A DNA stretch of 64,000 nt. Source: Oculina patagonica. Lineage: Eukaryota. Within the stretch, counting starts at the first letter, position 1; the number at the start of each line of letters is the position of its first letter. Of the stretch, positions 37,653 through 50,985 are shown in pieces. A program made the position numbers and the translations under genes. Location: positions 51,026,001 to 51,090,000 of the forward strand of contig NC_135761.1 of the NCBI RefSeq assembly GCF_052425735.1, read 5' to 3'. A model generated the notes under the pieces. That model ran no database searches. It saw only the letters and a program-made list of their open reading frames with translations, and was not told where the DNA came from.

Positions 37653-40600
37653 CTGGTAAAGAGAAAAATTTGTGAGTATCCAGTTTGTAATTAGCAGAAG
37701 AATAACAATCTGAATAATCCTTAAACGTTTGCTCGCATTAACTGTAACGTTGGGGCACTTCACCAATTTTGAAAAAAATTTAGCGAAAAAGGCGAACCCA
37801 TTAAACTTCTTTTATATATCTAAATTACTAACCTTAACTCAGCGCCTGGTTTGTTTAAGCGAGAAAAAAAAAAAGGTAAAACGTAGAAGAGATAAAAAGG
37901 TTAGATTAAGCATGAAAACGAGCAAAATGTCAAAGCAAGGGGTTAAGTTGTTCTTTGTCCCCCAATAAGACACAGTACTGATTATACAATTGTGTTTTCA
38001 ATTTTCAGGTAACCGTGTTTCTAATCTTGGTTCTAGTACGAGCTCATAACGGCAACTTCCTTTAATACTTACCTTTGCCGTTCAAAACTTAATAAACTTC
38101 TCGTTGAACAGCGGTCAATTTTATTCGCTAAAACAGTTTGTTTAGGCGTGGGTCTGTGCAATGAAGCTAATGTGTCTGTCACGTTTTGTTTTCTCATGGA
38201 AGTTTACTAGAGTATAATTACTTGTGAGATGAATCCTCCTGAAACAACAATAGTGACATAACAGGTAGTGATCTGAACGTTTTATTGGTTGTTAAAAAGC
38301 AATTCTAGAAGAGGCTTTTTTGGTTTATGATTTCAAAGCAGGTGATGCACTATCAATTTCTGTGGTACGTGATCTTTTGATTTAAAACTCCTACCAGCGG
38401 TTGGCGATGGGCTTTCGTCAGTAAAAGCTTATGAACTTATTATGAGGTGCTTGCTTTTACAGCAAAAGCCAAATGTAATCTCGAGCTCAGTCGACAACTC
38501 GAGGCCTAAACCATTACCCTTCCATATATACATGAGACATGCCTTCTATAGAAAATGGTGTCCCTTTCAATACCTATGGAAGGGATAATGCATCTCTTTT
38601 TCTAATTTTTCATTTGATTAACCCCTTGAAATAATTAAATTCCCAGTCTATGGACGTAAGTTTTCCCTGGCGAGTCATTTAACAATTTCTAGTAGTTCAC
38701 GCTGGATGGATAGTTCTTCATAAATATACGCAAAAAGCTTTCGTTTAATTTCGGAAATAAGCTTTACCGACCATTTTGAAACAGGAGCTTGAGTAGATAA
38801 AAAGTGAGATTCGGTGATTATTGTTTTTTCCTGAAGTATAGTACATTTTTGGTTGGAACATAATACAATCTAACTTCTAGCCAAGTTTGTTCGTTCTACA
38901 ATCATCAGGATATTTTCTGCTTGGCCTTTACCCGCTAGTTGTGATCATGACTGAACATTTGAGCACTGGATAATTGATGTTTTTTGCCATTGACTCATGA
39001 ACGTAAATAGGGTCTAAGTGGCCATTTATTTCTGAAAATAGCTTTTTTGGATTTACGTAAGAGGCACAGCTGAGACCTACATTGCCAATATTTAGTCTTT
39101 TAAAACCTATGACAGAATCTGATTGGCTCTGCACGACAGCTACGTCATTTGATGGCGATTTTCTGTCATATGTAACAATCTTAGCGTAAAGTGGTCTTCT
39201 GTCTTCCGTTTGTTTTATTAATTGCTTTTTGGGAGTTTGCTAACAAGGAGCAGTTGAAATCTACATTGCCAACTTTTAGTCTTCAAACACGACAGTTTCA
39301 GTTTGCTTAGCTTTGTACGCCAGCTTCATTGTTTGATCATGATAATATTCACATCAAACAAGTAGGCGCTAAGTGGTCCTTAATTCTATTTGTTAATTGC
39401 TTTTGTAGTCATAAAATCCACAAAATCCACAACTCTGACAAATTTATTGTATTCCAACCATCGAGATCGCTTACGAGTTTCGCTAGTCCTCTTTCGTTTA
39501 ACGATTCGCTGAAAAATCGAATATTATCGAACACTAGTAAAATCTTACATTGTGTAAACTGAACATTTTCTGAAAACTTACATTATGTTGGAGATTTTCC
39601 CGCAAAAGTCCAAAACTACACAAGAACTACAAAACAGGGCGACTGTTCCCTCGTGCTTCAAAAACACAACAAAGTGTCAAACTAAGGTTACAACAGCTTT
39701 TCTTGAATTTGCTAACGAGGAACAGCTTAGATCTGCGTTGCCTAATTTTAGTGTAAAAATTTAATACGAGTTCTGGTTTGCTTATGCGCACCGGCTGTGT
39801 TATTTGATCATAACTGTTTGAATTCTGCGTGGATGATTTATGTGTTTATTACTCACCTCAACGCAAGTCTGATGCTCTAAGAAAAATCAAAGGAATACAT
39901 GTATCGTAAATAATGGGCTAAGTTTCGTTTTCAAGTAATTCCATCAAATCATTTCTAAGGATTTTAAGATGAACTAGAGATATGTGTGTAACCAGTATTT
40001 TTTAAATTTAACACGGATGCTCAAACCAAAAAACAGGACTGAGTGTTTATCGCATAACGAAAGTATAATGTATATGTATTTTTGAAGCAAATTAAAAAGA
40101 GCTTTGCACCCTGACATCCCCGTCAGTTCACCATCTATTCAGTTCTGTGTGCTGCACTTGATTTCTCGCAACTGTAGTTGTATCATTTTAGAAAATATCT
40201 CAAAGTTGTGTTTCTTTCCACTTTTTTATTGCTTTTTTAAAATTTGCTAATATGGAACAACTTCAGGGAACACAGTTCTGTACATGTCTGGGTATCTAAT
40301 TCAAATTCATTATGCTACATAAAATCGAGCCACTACCAGTGTAGATAAAGCTTCTGATTAAGTTAATTGGGTAAATCTGTAACTGAAAAAAAAAACGTCG
40401 GGTCCTCATTCTTCGCTAACTGAAGTTATAAACGACTATGAGCTAAACTAAGCTTCACAGTAATTAATCAGCTAGATAAACTACAACTCACAAACTTAAC
40501 TGTTAACTGTATGTTGTGTACTTTTTCGTTCCTTTTTCTAGTGAAGATGTGTTCTAAACATAAATTTTAAATACTCTTGCTGATTTTTGACTTGAAAAAA

Positions 40601-41300
40601 CTCCTTCCTTATTAAATCTACCCCTTGTTCGCCCCATGTAAGGTAATCCAAGACAGTCCTGGATTCTGGATTCAGTGCTGTGGATTTCAGATTTCATGGA
40701 CTGGATTCCGGATTCCGCCATAGTGGATTCCGGATAGCTGTTAAAGAACGCTGCAGAAAAAAAGAACAAAATGTTTGTATTTTCTCCAACCAATATGAAC
40801 ATTTTGATGCAAAAACAATAAAAATTAATTTCTTGGAGTATCTGTAAAAATTATCGGGCTATGAAGTCCAATGTCCATTGACGGCGCATCATTAAAGCAA
40901 CACTGAAGAGAGCTTATCGAGAACCCGTGAGCGTGGCCTGGGCGAGCTAGGGGGGTTGGGGGGGGGGGGGCGTGCTCCCCCGGAAAAAAATTGATTTTAA
41001 TTTCTCTCAGATACCGGAAAATGCATTTAAAATTAAAGAATTCAAACGGACGAACGAACAAATGAGCACACCTGAGAAGCAAAAGGAAAAGAAATTTTGC
41101 CCGTTTGCAAGTTGGTTCGCTGTGCGCGCTTGGAAAAAATTGACGACTACGCACGCTATCTATCTTCGCTATTTCGAAATCTAGTTCCAGATATCGACCA
41201 GACAAAGGAACTTTACGCCCTAATATTAAACACAATGACTTATCAAAATATTCAACGGGATTTAAACTGTAAACCATGGGTGTAAACCCTCCTTTCTTTA

Positions 41301-41541
41301 GGCCCCGTCCACACTGACCCGGGAATATTTGAAAACGGAGAAATCTTAAAACGCCGCGTAAAATGTTTTCCGTCCACATTAACCCGGGTAAATTTGAAAA
41401 CGATACGCTTCTTTGGTGGGTGTTTTTGAAAAGCTCCGTTTTCGGTGACCGAAAACGCCGGTTCAGTGTGGACGGTTGGTCTAACCGGAGAAAAAAAAAA
41501 GATGCGTTTTCAAATTTACCCGGGTCAGTGTGGACGGGGCC
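41301..41541. mobile_element. PIF/Harbinger-type MITE
   Basis: TIR GGCCCCGTCCACACTGACCCGGG, TTA TSD on both sides. Confidence 0.85.
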
Positions 41542-42201
41542 TTAGAAAGAAGCCCACAAACCTTATACTTTTGTTTTCATTTTTTTTAGAAGATTAAGGA
41601 TATATCAATATTGCGACAAATGTTTATTTATGAAACCACAAAACGTATTTTAGCAGCTACAGATGACTTGGCTGCACACTTCGACGACTTACGTGATCAT
41701 GTTAATATATGTAAGTATCGGATAGTATATGTTTGCCATTTATAAATTTCGTCTTGTGCTTGTCAGAATCATTCAGTGTCACTTGATACTAGGTCGGATT
41801 GCCGGGATCTCGCCTCTCATTCGGCATATAAATTTATTGTGTTAAATTAAATGCAAGCGTACTAACAAGTGGCAAAAACGTTTCCACAGTGATAAAAAAA
41901 ATATTTACAAATGAAATTAAGGTCATCTATTTACTTGTTTAACACCTTAGGAGTTAAGAAAGAAAATATGTTCCTACAGGAGCGAATCAAAACCAGGGTA
42001 CGCTAAACATTTGCACTGTAAAAGTTTTCTCCATTTATTTGCTGACATTAGTTTGGTTTAAATTAACATGGACATCTGAAAACATATTTGGATCGGTTTA
42101 TAGCCTAAGAAAAGCCTTAAAAGTGAGTAAAATGCTGTGTATATCTTTAGAAAATCGAGTCAACCAAATCGTCAAGCGGGAAAGAGAAGGTTTATAAGTC
42201 C

Positions 42202-45200
42202 TTAGCGAATTCCAATTGCAGTGGCATTAAAGCCATCCTTCCAGCGGTCACTAGAAGAGTAGCATCCGCAACCTCCAAAATGCAACTCTGTAAAGAAGAA
42301 GAAGTTCCTTGGCATCATGAGGTCAGGATTTGGGACGGGAATGCCCTCTGAACGCCAGTTCACCGCAACTCCACTTATTTCAAATATCTCTTTTGAACTG
42401 AGGTGTAGGTGTGAGAGTTCATGGTTATAGTTTGGCATAAAGGCAAACAAGCTGTTAGGATTTGCGTCACAATTGAAAAACTGGATGATCGCCCCGTTGG
42501 ATTTGAAGCCTTGGGTATTGTTGTTTTTTGCAACAGATGCTGGGAGGATACCGAGGAAGATGTATTCCTTCATTAACTCATGGTTCAGTGGTGTAGTGTA
42601 ACCAGAGTAGCTGTTGACCAAAACTCCAAAATCAGTGTTGTAAAATTTTGGATGGGGCTGGATCAGAGTGTAAGACTCGCTGCGATCGACTTCTTTCTGC
42701 AACTTGAGTAAAACGTTTTTCTTGTCCTTGAAGAGGGCGTCGACGATCTGCTGAGCATCTGGCCTGAGAGTGAGGCTTCCAGGAAGGAAAGCAAAGCCAC
42801 CTCCTTTAATTTTCAGTTCGCAGTACACCTCAATGGGTTTAGCATTCGGCAAAGGATAGATTTTATAGACGCCACTCACCGCTGCAGGATCACGATGTTG
42901 AATTTCTTTACAGCTCTTGTAATACTGTAATAAGAAAGAAACAGATTATTTATTTATTTGCACTGCAAAACAACAACAACAACTACAACAACAAACACTT
43001 ACAAAGCAATACCTACAAGTACTAAAATTGCATTGCTTACAGGATGTTATAGGCTATACTTTAACGCAATTTACAAGAAAAAAACAGGGGGGGGGTGGAT
43101 GCCACCCCCCCCCCCCATAAGGTTTTTTCCAAATTTTGAAAAAACGATTTACTCTACAATGCTTAAACTTTCAGTAGCTGTTCATTCATCCTTTGCGAAA
43201 ATTTTGATATGTCAACCATGTGTCCGTGGTGTGTGACGTTGCCATGGCAACGTCATAAATACAAGCAGGTCTTGCCAAAAATCGTCATTTTTACCATTTT
43301 TCCTCATTATTTCCAGTTTTTTAAAACAGAAGTGCAAGATGTGTTTATTTTTACATTCCGTAAGCATTCTGGCTTGATTTTGCATCAATTTCCGTTATTT
43401 TCTGACTTTCTAAGAAAATGTTGAAATCCAAGATGGCGGATCCAAGATGGCGGCTCTAATGACGTCACGTGACGTCATATGACGTCACAGCCAATTCAAA
43501 TTATGTCATCTTGTAGAGTACGCTAAGGGCTTTCTTCTCAGTTCAAAATAATTTCGCTACGCCTTAATATAACGAAAACTCCGGGGAGGGGTTCCATCCC
43601 ACCCCCCCCCCCCCCCTTGTACGATGGTGGGGGTGTGAGTTGGCTTGTACGTCCGAGGGTTAAATTACTGAGATGTTTAAATTGCTGACGAAATACTGAC
43701 TAAAAATGATATAATTAGTTTAATATTTGAGCATGGTGGAGATGCTAGGGTCCAATTCTTAGTGTACTAAGAATTCCAAAGTTTTCGGGTTGCTCTATGC
43801 TTGGGGACATCCTGGGATATGGAAAGATACACTTCTAGTCGTTAAGACCTGTCAAACCCCGTTTGTACTGTTAGATAATTGTTTTGAAAACACAATTCTT
43901 TCTCTTGCACGATAACTATAAATTAACGGCCATCGAGCAGTTGAAAACAACAAGAAAATATGCAGGTGTTTGCGAGAAGAACATGTACGTTCTTGATTAA
44001 CATAATTACATCTTAAACAAAACACAGAGTGCTTACAAAGACTAAAAAACTAAAAAACAGAGAACGGCTTCAAATACAAACGTATGTAAATAACACATTA
44101 CAGGCTAACTAGACTGCGATAGCCCATTAAAAACAGAAGTTTTATACCCATGACAATGGTATAAATCTCAAAAGATCGTGCAAATAAAAAATATTATCAC
44201 ACGTGAAAATAACAGGTTATTTTCACATGTGAAGATATCGATTTCGAAACATTTTCTGACAAGTTTGCCCTGTTTCAATGCTGAATGAGCCAAAGTTAAT
44301 CGATATTAAGTCTAAACATCTTCGTATCTTCCTCGGCAATCTTCGGAATTCTTCGGATATCTTCGGAAATTTTCGGAAATGTTCGGAAACATTCGTACGA
44401 CCTTCCGACAACATTTTGCAAATCTTCGGAAATCTTCGGAAAATGGTCGGCAATCTTTGGAAAATCGTCAAAAACATCGTAATTAGTAGGTTTATATAAT
44501 GAACACAATATTACATGGTTGCTCAGAGATATGAAATTTATCTTCTCGTGTTCAAATCGATAAATTTCATATCTCCGCGCAAGCATGTAATATCCTCTAT
44601 TTATATCTCCGTGAAAACGACTTCGACTCAAGCAAAAACACGAGCGCACTGCATTTGGATGCTTGTGTTTGTGCTTGCCGGATCAAAGTTTGTCCTTTTT
44701 TGCGTGATCGCGCCTGTGCTTGCGTCGCTAGTAAAATCCAGGCTTAAAAGCAAAACGAAAACAATCAATAGATTTGCATGTGTATAGCATGAGAATCATT
44801 GTATGAATCATGAAGTGATTAATTCAAGAAACGCAACTTCTGCTCAGACACAGTAAAACGAAGTAAAGCTACAGCCGTCCCTGTCGAAAACGTGTCAAAA
44901 GAAATATGGCATATCCGTATAAAGAAGAGAAAATTGTATGCGGCAGTTTTAATTTAAACTCGAATCGTGCGGGCGTCACAATACACACAAGGAAGTTACA
45001 TATTCACAGAATATTCCAGACCCTAACCCTGCAGAGTCGAACATCTAAGGAGATCCTTTCTAAAGAAATTGTTAGGCACCCCAATCTCAGACAAAACTGA
45101 ACTACTTCCGAAAATAAGGCCTTCGATATATAAGCCCTTAAGGGAAATTATGTTTTTCGATTGTATGCTGAACGTTTCACCCAGTGGTGAAAGTAAGCCT

Positions 45201-45837
45201 TTATCGGTCTCAATCGCTCCAACAATTCACATAAGTGTTGCTCGTTGACAAAACTTTCCAAGCAACGAAGCTTCATTCTGTATGCTTTCTGTAAAGAATG
45301 CAGAAAATGTAAACACGAACAGCATATGTTGGACTTTCATCAGCGCCTTGGCTTTTCGATAGGGGACAATGTTTTAATTTACTCTTACGTCGGGGAAGGC
45401 GGCAGTTAAGACTCACATTGCAGATATAAACTCACCGACTTCCCAGACAGTGCTTGCTTAAACTGCTGTGACACGTTCAAATTATGATTAGTTGTTGTTA
45501 TTAAACTATTGTCGGTAAAACTAACCTTCCCTTCTCTAATCTGCTGAAACACGAAGCCCTTCGAGTAAATAAGGGACTTATCTCTATTTCTGTCTTCAAC
45601 TCCACAGTCATTCAATTCACACAGACCATTGGCGCCTGCTGATCTCTCGTAGTTGTACGAGATGCATCTTGGTTCATCATGGCAGGCCATAATACAGTTG
45701 AACCAGTCTCTGGCGTATAACTGTTGAAAAACATGGCCCACCAAAACATGGTTGTTTTCTGTTACCGGATGGAACGCAGTGGTTATTCCCTGAAGAAGCG
45801 CCGCCAACAATTTGAGAAATACCAGGTTCTTAAACAT
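42202..45837 (-). CDS. Cluster gene A2, long form, 344 aa; complement join(45526..45837,42202..42924)
   Basis: Signal + PAN exon ending QIREGK|GT; acceptor before YYKSCKEI; intact frame to ATAIGIR*. Confidence 0.85.
43065..43659. mobile_element. TTAA-flanked non-autonomous element (piggyBac-like) in the A2 intron
   Basis: TTAA at 43061 and 43660, right end ...AGGG; G/C-run hairpins near both ends; left terminus degenerate. Confidence 0.55.
44190..44605. repeat. Repeat element with internal (CTTCGGAAAT)-like minisatellite
   Basis: Repeated CTTCGG units at 44320-44450; explains the spurious ORFs here. Confidence 0.55.
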
Positions 45838-48012
45838 CGCAAAAACATAAAGATAAAACGGCAGTTCGTGTTGGTAAAAAGCTTAATTTCGAAACACAGC
45901 AAAGCGTACACTGGCAAAACTTGAATGACTGCCTAACACCTGTTTAATGGCCAAATGGTATAATTCAATGCGTTATCTATCTTTGGTTAATTGAATTTTT
46001 AAAAGACAGAATATTATGTGCACCGTGGTTGGTCATAGTCCATGCCCAAACATAAAAGGCTCTTTAATTGGCTAGATCAGTGCTCAACATGACTCAGAGT
46101 ATGTCGATGATCTGTTCTAATTTTATAATTCATTAAAAACAGGCACAGGAAATGTCGAGTTCTCCTTGTTTTCTTTGTCAGAAAACTTAAAAAGTACATG
46201 TAGAAAATTACTCAGTCAACATCCATAGGCTAGCTATTTAGCGCAATGTGGCATTTTGACAAGAATCTAGACAAAGACAACTGTATGAAAGCTGCCATCT
46301 TTCGACAAAACATGCAAGATGTTATGCAAACTTTTTACGGGAAAACGGGAAACCGGATTAAGCATAACTTAGTCGACAACTTAATTTGACAGAAACTTTT
46401 GTATTATTGGACTAACTACGATGATTTGGTCATATAGTCATCAGTTAAAATTACCACAGTCCACTACAACCAGACTCGTGTGGGGTATCAAAACTTTATT
46501 GCTAATCTGGGAGGCGAGTTTCAAACCCCAACATCATCCGGGGTATGGTGAGTGGGTTGAGCTTGCTTACAGTGAAGGAAATGGAAGGCGCTAAAACGTT
46601 TGATCGGCTATTTTAACAACTTTATCGAAGACTGGTAATCCTTAAGAAATGGCACAGCAAGACCGAAACTTAAACGTTAACATAACTGCTTTCAACGTTA
46701 ACCTTAAAACACACGGCAATCTTTCGTCTACCAGTTATGGCCATTCCCGTTACTCCAGAATCCTTCAAGATGTAACGAGGATAAACAATGTACAAGGGAA
46801 CCTCTTCGCTAGCCTTGCAGGAACAGGATGTAAAGATCTTTGAAGAACTGAATTGTGTGTAGGCATATGTTGTTCTTTCGCAATACAAACAGAAGGAAGT
46901 GTCATTTATTCAAATTAGACGGTAAAAGCTCTGACTCGCAAGGCAGCTGGTTGTCAGATATAATAAAAAAAAAGTTAAAATCACCACTGAAATTTAAAAG
47001 TTTGAAATTGTCCTTCAGTATACATTATGGTTGTGGACTGAATCAACTTCTCCTCTGAACGAAGATCTAATAATTGCACCTTGGGCATTTTCTGCCGTGC
47101 ATGTTATCAGTTTAGGTAATTTGGAATTAGAGACGCAAAGAACATAAGAGATGGACTGCCTGCTATCCCTTTTTATTTTCGCTTCCTCCCCCGCTTGACT
47201 GGCTAAAAAAGGAGAGCTAATAGTCTACATAAGAGTTGCCAAAATGCCCTTTCATTTTTCACTTTATTTTGAAATAGTTTGTTTTTTTAAAATGTGTTCA
47301 AGAAGCACTCACGTATTTCCATTTAGAGAGGCCGTATTACTGAGTTTGAAACACCAAATATAAATGCTTTTTGTCCAATTCATAATTTTTGTAAGTCCCA
47401 TATGTCATGTCAGCGGGTTAGGTATTGAATTGCATGATTGGTATATCGTTTCCTTACAAAAGCTATCTCTATATGAACCAAAAATAATGTTAATAAGAGA
47501 AACCAGCTGTGAAAAAACTTGTTAAAATTTAAATAATAATAGATCTTTTCAAGTAGGCGTCTACATATGAATATGACTATAAACAAGAATAAGTCCATAA
47601 GTTGTAGTGGAAACTGTTGTCAAAACTGTACTGTTTGTCATTTGCAAAGAATTATGCGTACACACTTTCAGGTATACTAAGGGCGTTTACCTCGCTATAA
47701 ACGCCTGAAATTGTCAGAAATGCTTAACTTTTTTGCAGTAAAGCACTAATCAGGGACCGTGCGCAACGATGGGCTGCGGGGGAGGGGGGGATTTTAACCC
47801 CCCCCCCCCCCCCCCGACATATTTTACAGCAATAAGAAAAAAAGTACCACGTATATATAAAAAGAAGAAAAGTGAAATAAAGAGACAAAAAATTATGAAA
47901 ACACTTAATTTGTAAGCGCCTTTCAAGGTGCTATATTTTCTATTTGATCTATTCTGTAAAGGACCAGAGGTCGGTCGGTTTAATGCTCTCGCCCTGTATA
48001 ATTGCTGTTTTA

Positions 48013-48433
48013 GGCTACGTTTACACGGACACGGTTATCAATCGACACGGTTTTATGACCTCGAAACCGCATCGAAAACGACACGGTTTCGAAGTGTTTA
48101 CACGGAGCCTATTTAACGATTTTCCGACTGTTTTCGAATGTGATTGTATAAGCAAGCGCTGCTCTCTATGCTTGTTTCACCATGTTTACCCTTCGCAAGC
48201 CAGCCAGTTCGTGCCAAAATACATGGCCGTTTTCAAATCGATGCGGTTTCGCCGTTTTTGACCGTTTACACGACAACGAAACCGCATCGTTTTGAAAACG
48301 CTCCACTTTTGACAGTGTTTTCAAAACGACCCGGTTACAGTAGTGGTCTCGATCGGTGCCGTGTAAACGAAAGGCGTAACCGCATCGCTTTCGATGCGGT
48401 TACAAATGAAACCGTGTCCGTGTAAACGTAGCC
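48013..48433. mobile_element. PIF/Harbinger-type MITE
   Basis: TIR GGCTACGTTTACACGGACACGG, TTA TSD on both sides. Confidence 0.85.
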
Positions 48434-48537
48434 TTAAAGCTAATTGTCTATCTCTTACTATATTCGGCCGCAGATACCCGTTTAAACACAAAAGAAGACA
48501 AATTTGTGACGTTGTCATTCGAATTTATTCTCGCTTG

Positions 48538-48827
48538 TGGGAGGCGCGGTGGCCTATTGGTTAAGCGCGTTGAACTCCAGATCGTGCGCTCGGTCCGGGC
48601 TCGAGCCCTGGCCGGGGTCACTGTGTTGTGCTGTTGGGAAAAACACTTTACTCTCATAGTTTTTCTCTTCACCAAGGTGAGATCTGGCGAAATTATTGCT
48701 AGGGGTAACCGTACGATAAACTAGCATCCCATCCAGGGGTAACAATACCCCTATTCGCTTCATGTAACTGAAACCGGGAAGGTCCGGCCTGATGGGCTAC
48801 TAGGCTCGTACGCAGACTTTACCTTTT
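48538..48827 (+). mobile_element. tRNA-derived SINE
   Basis: A box TGGCCTATTGG, B-box-like GGCTCGAGCCC, body CACTGTGTTGTG..CTAGCATCCCATCCAGGGG, tail GACTTTACCTTTT; related fragments near 6240-6440 and 12600-12790. Confidence 0.75.
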
Positions 48828-49018
48828 TCTCGCTTAGCTTGTTACAGCTAACACATCAGACACTTTATTAACTACTTTTGTATAGCCACGCTGGCAACCA
48901 ATCTGCAGAAGCCGACATGTAGTTTGTAAACTAATAAGTCGTTTAAAACTAAAAACTGTCAATCATATCAAGCCGATCTAATTTACTGTCAAGAGGGAGC
49001 GGCAGATTATAAAACTCT

Positions 49019-49078
49019 TTAACGAATCCCAATGGTAGTGGCATGATATCCATACTTCGACCAGCGGTCACTGGAAGT
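49019..49078 (-). pseudogene. Cluster remnant B3: last 19 codons of a short-form paralog
   Basis: Minus-strand TSSDRWSKYGYHATTIGIR*, matching the B2-type ending DRWRKYGYHATSIGVR; adjacent 3' sequence resembles that of B2. Confidence 0.85.
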
Positions 49079-49368
49079 GAATGAGTGAAAACATAGCCGC
49101 TGACCAGTGAGCGATTTGTGTTATTTGATCAACCGAGATCAGCCTCGTCCCCACGTCCCCAGAGCGGAGTTGGCCCTGGGATCGAGGTTTTTTTTTACGT
49201 CTCCGTTTGGTCTAGGGAGTTGGCGACCAGAGAGAAATGTCTGAAATTCAGGCTACGTTTGGCCAGGACTTGCGTGCACTTGCATTACTATGGTCGAGAT
49301 CCAATTTGCACGCCGAAAAGTCAACCATGTTTTTTCACCGTTTGGCCACCCAACGCAAGTCAACGCAA

Positions 49369-49802
49369 GAGACCCAGGGGCAGTTAGTCGGGGTGTGGGA
49401 AACGTGAAACTTCGAAAAAAAAGTTCGGCATATAAAAGTTGGAGCGAAGGAATGGTGTCCCGGGGGCAAGAGTCTTATCAGGCCAGTTCCTAACAGCTTT
49501 CTGAATACTGCCTCTGATTTTAAAAGCAGAAAAAATCTTTGTGTTTGTTTTGTATTAGTAAAATCTTGTACATATAATTTGTTTTAGAACACACGAAATG
49601 GTCTGCAGAACTGGAGGCCGCCAATAGAACAAAGGGAATACTGTACAAAGAACTTTTATTGCGCATTCAGGAGGCAGTATTTAGAGAGCTGTTTGGAATT
49701 GGCGTCACCTTTCAATCGATCCAACGTTTCTGTGCCGAACTTTTTTCCCGCAGTGTCGCGTTTCCCTCACCCCCACTTACTGCCCCTGGGTCTCCGAGGA
49801 TG
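49369..49802. mobile_element. MITE with long TIRs
   Basis: GAGACCCAGGGGCAGT..GGG / CCC..ACTGCCCCTGGGTCTC. Confidence 0.7.
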
Positions 49803-50245
49803 TGCTGTTTACTTCAAGAATTGAATTACAGCGCGCGCAGTAGCATTGAAATGGCTTTTTGACAACTTGCGAGCATCCTCTTACCCAGGACACGCATAGT
49901 CTCTGTTCCTTTGAAACTAGCGACCCTAGAAAGTTCTGATTGGAAGTCCAAAAAATATCGAGGTCAATCGTTACAAATTACAGTGAATGTATGGGATCAA
50001 ATAGCGCATACCGTGACGCCTCAAACACAGAGACTTGTCTGCCTGTGATCCGGCCCTCCCACTCAATCAATAAGCTCTTTCCTCCTCAGAGGTTCTCGAT
50101 GGGGCGTTCGTTGTAAAAGTCCGCTGGGCAAGGTGAGTTCAGGCGCAAACTCTCGCCGTTTTATTTCGCCCGCACTCTTTTCGTACAGCGGACTCTCCCC
50201 ACCTGAGGAGCCTCTGCGGAGGAGAGAGGTCAGTAAGTACATAAT

Positions 50246-50985
50246 CAATCTTGTTCCGAGAGCCTGTGTTCCCCTTTACCAGCGGTCGGGAAACTCAACG
50301 GATCTGGACGAGTCCAAACCGGAACCAGCAAAACCTGGTTCCGGTTTGATTGTGCGCGTGCGCCAGAGATTGTATTCTCACGATGAATCTATTGCGCACG
50401 CCTGACATTCCAGAGACGACGGTTGGCTCTTGCAACGATTACTAGCAGTAGGATTTTGTTAAAAATTTCAGCAAAAATTAATGTTTCAGCTTTAGCTCGT
50501 GTAAAGCCCCAGTAAAGTCAAAATTAGCAAGGTAGTTCTTCTAATATATTTATTTTTAAAATGTTTAACAACTGAATAATTAAAAAGTCATTCGATCGTT
50601 ACATTCATTCACCAGAGACTAGACATGTAATAGGTGCTGTTTTTGGACGATTCTCTGTTGTTAAACATCGTTATACATAAAACATGCTTATTTAAGTGAA
50701 AAAGAATTGCTCCGAGGTTGTTGATATCGTCTCCAAACAGAAATACATCCAAAAACAGCACATATTGATTGCGTGCACAATCTTTGATTTGCATAAAGCA
50801 CAGATATTTAATTCCCCAGGGGCCAGGACAACCATCCTGACGCACGTTCAAATTTTGGCGCGTTACAGATCGACCAATCAGAAGTGTTTTCATTGTGTTG
50901 CCTTTGTGGCGGCTTTTCAGAATAGCCTATAGGTCCCGATCCCTGGTGCAGACCAGAAGGATCGCGGCCTCTGGGGACAAGATTG
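50246..50985. mobile_element. Non-autonomous DNA transposon with 9-bp TSD (MULE-like)
   Basis: Ends CAATCTTGT.. / ..ACAAGATTG; GTACATAAT duplicated at 50237-50245 and 50986-50994. Confidence 0.8.
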
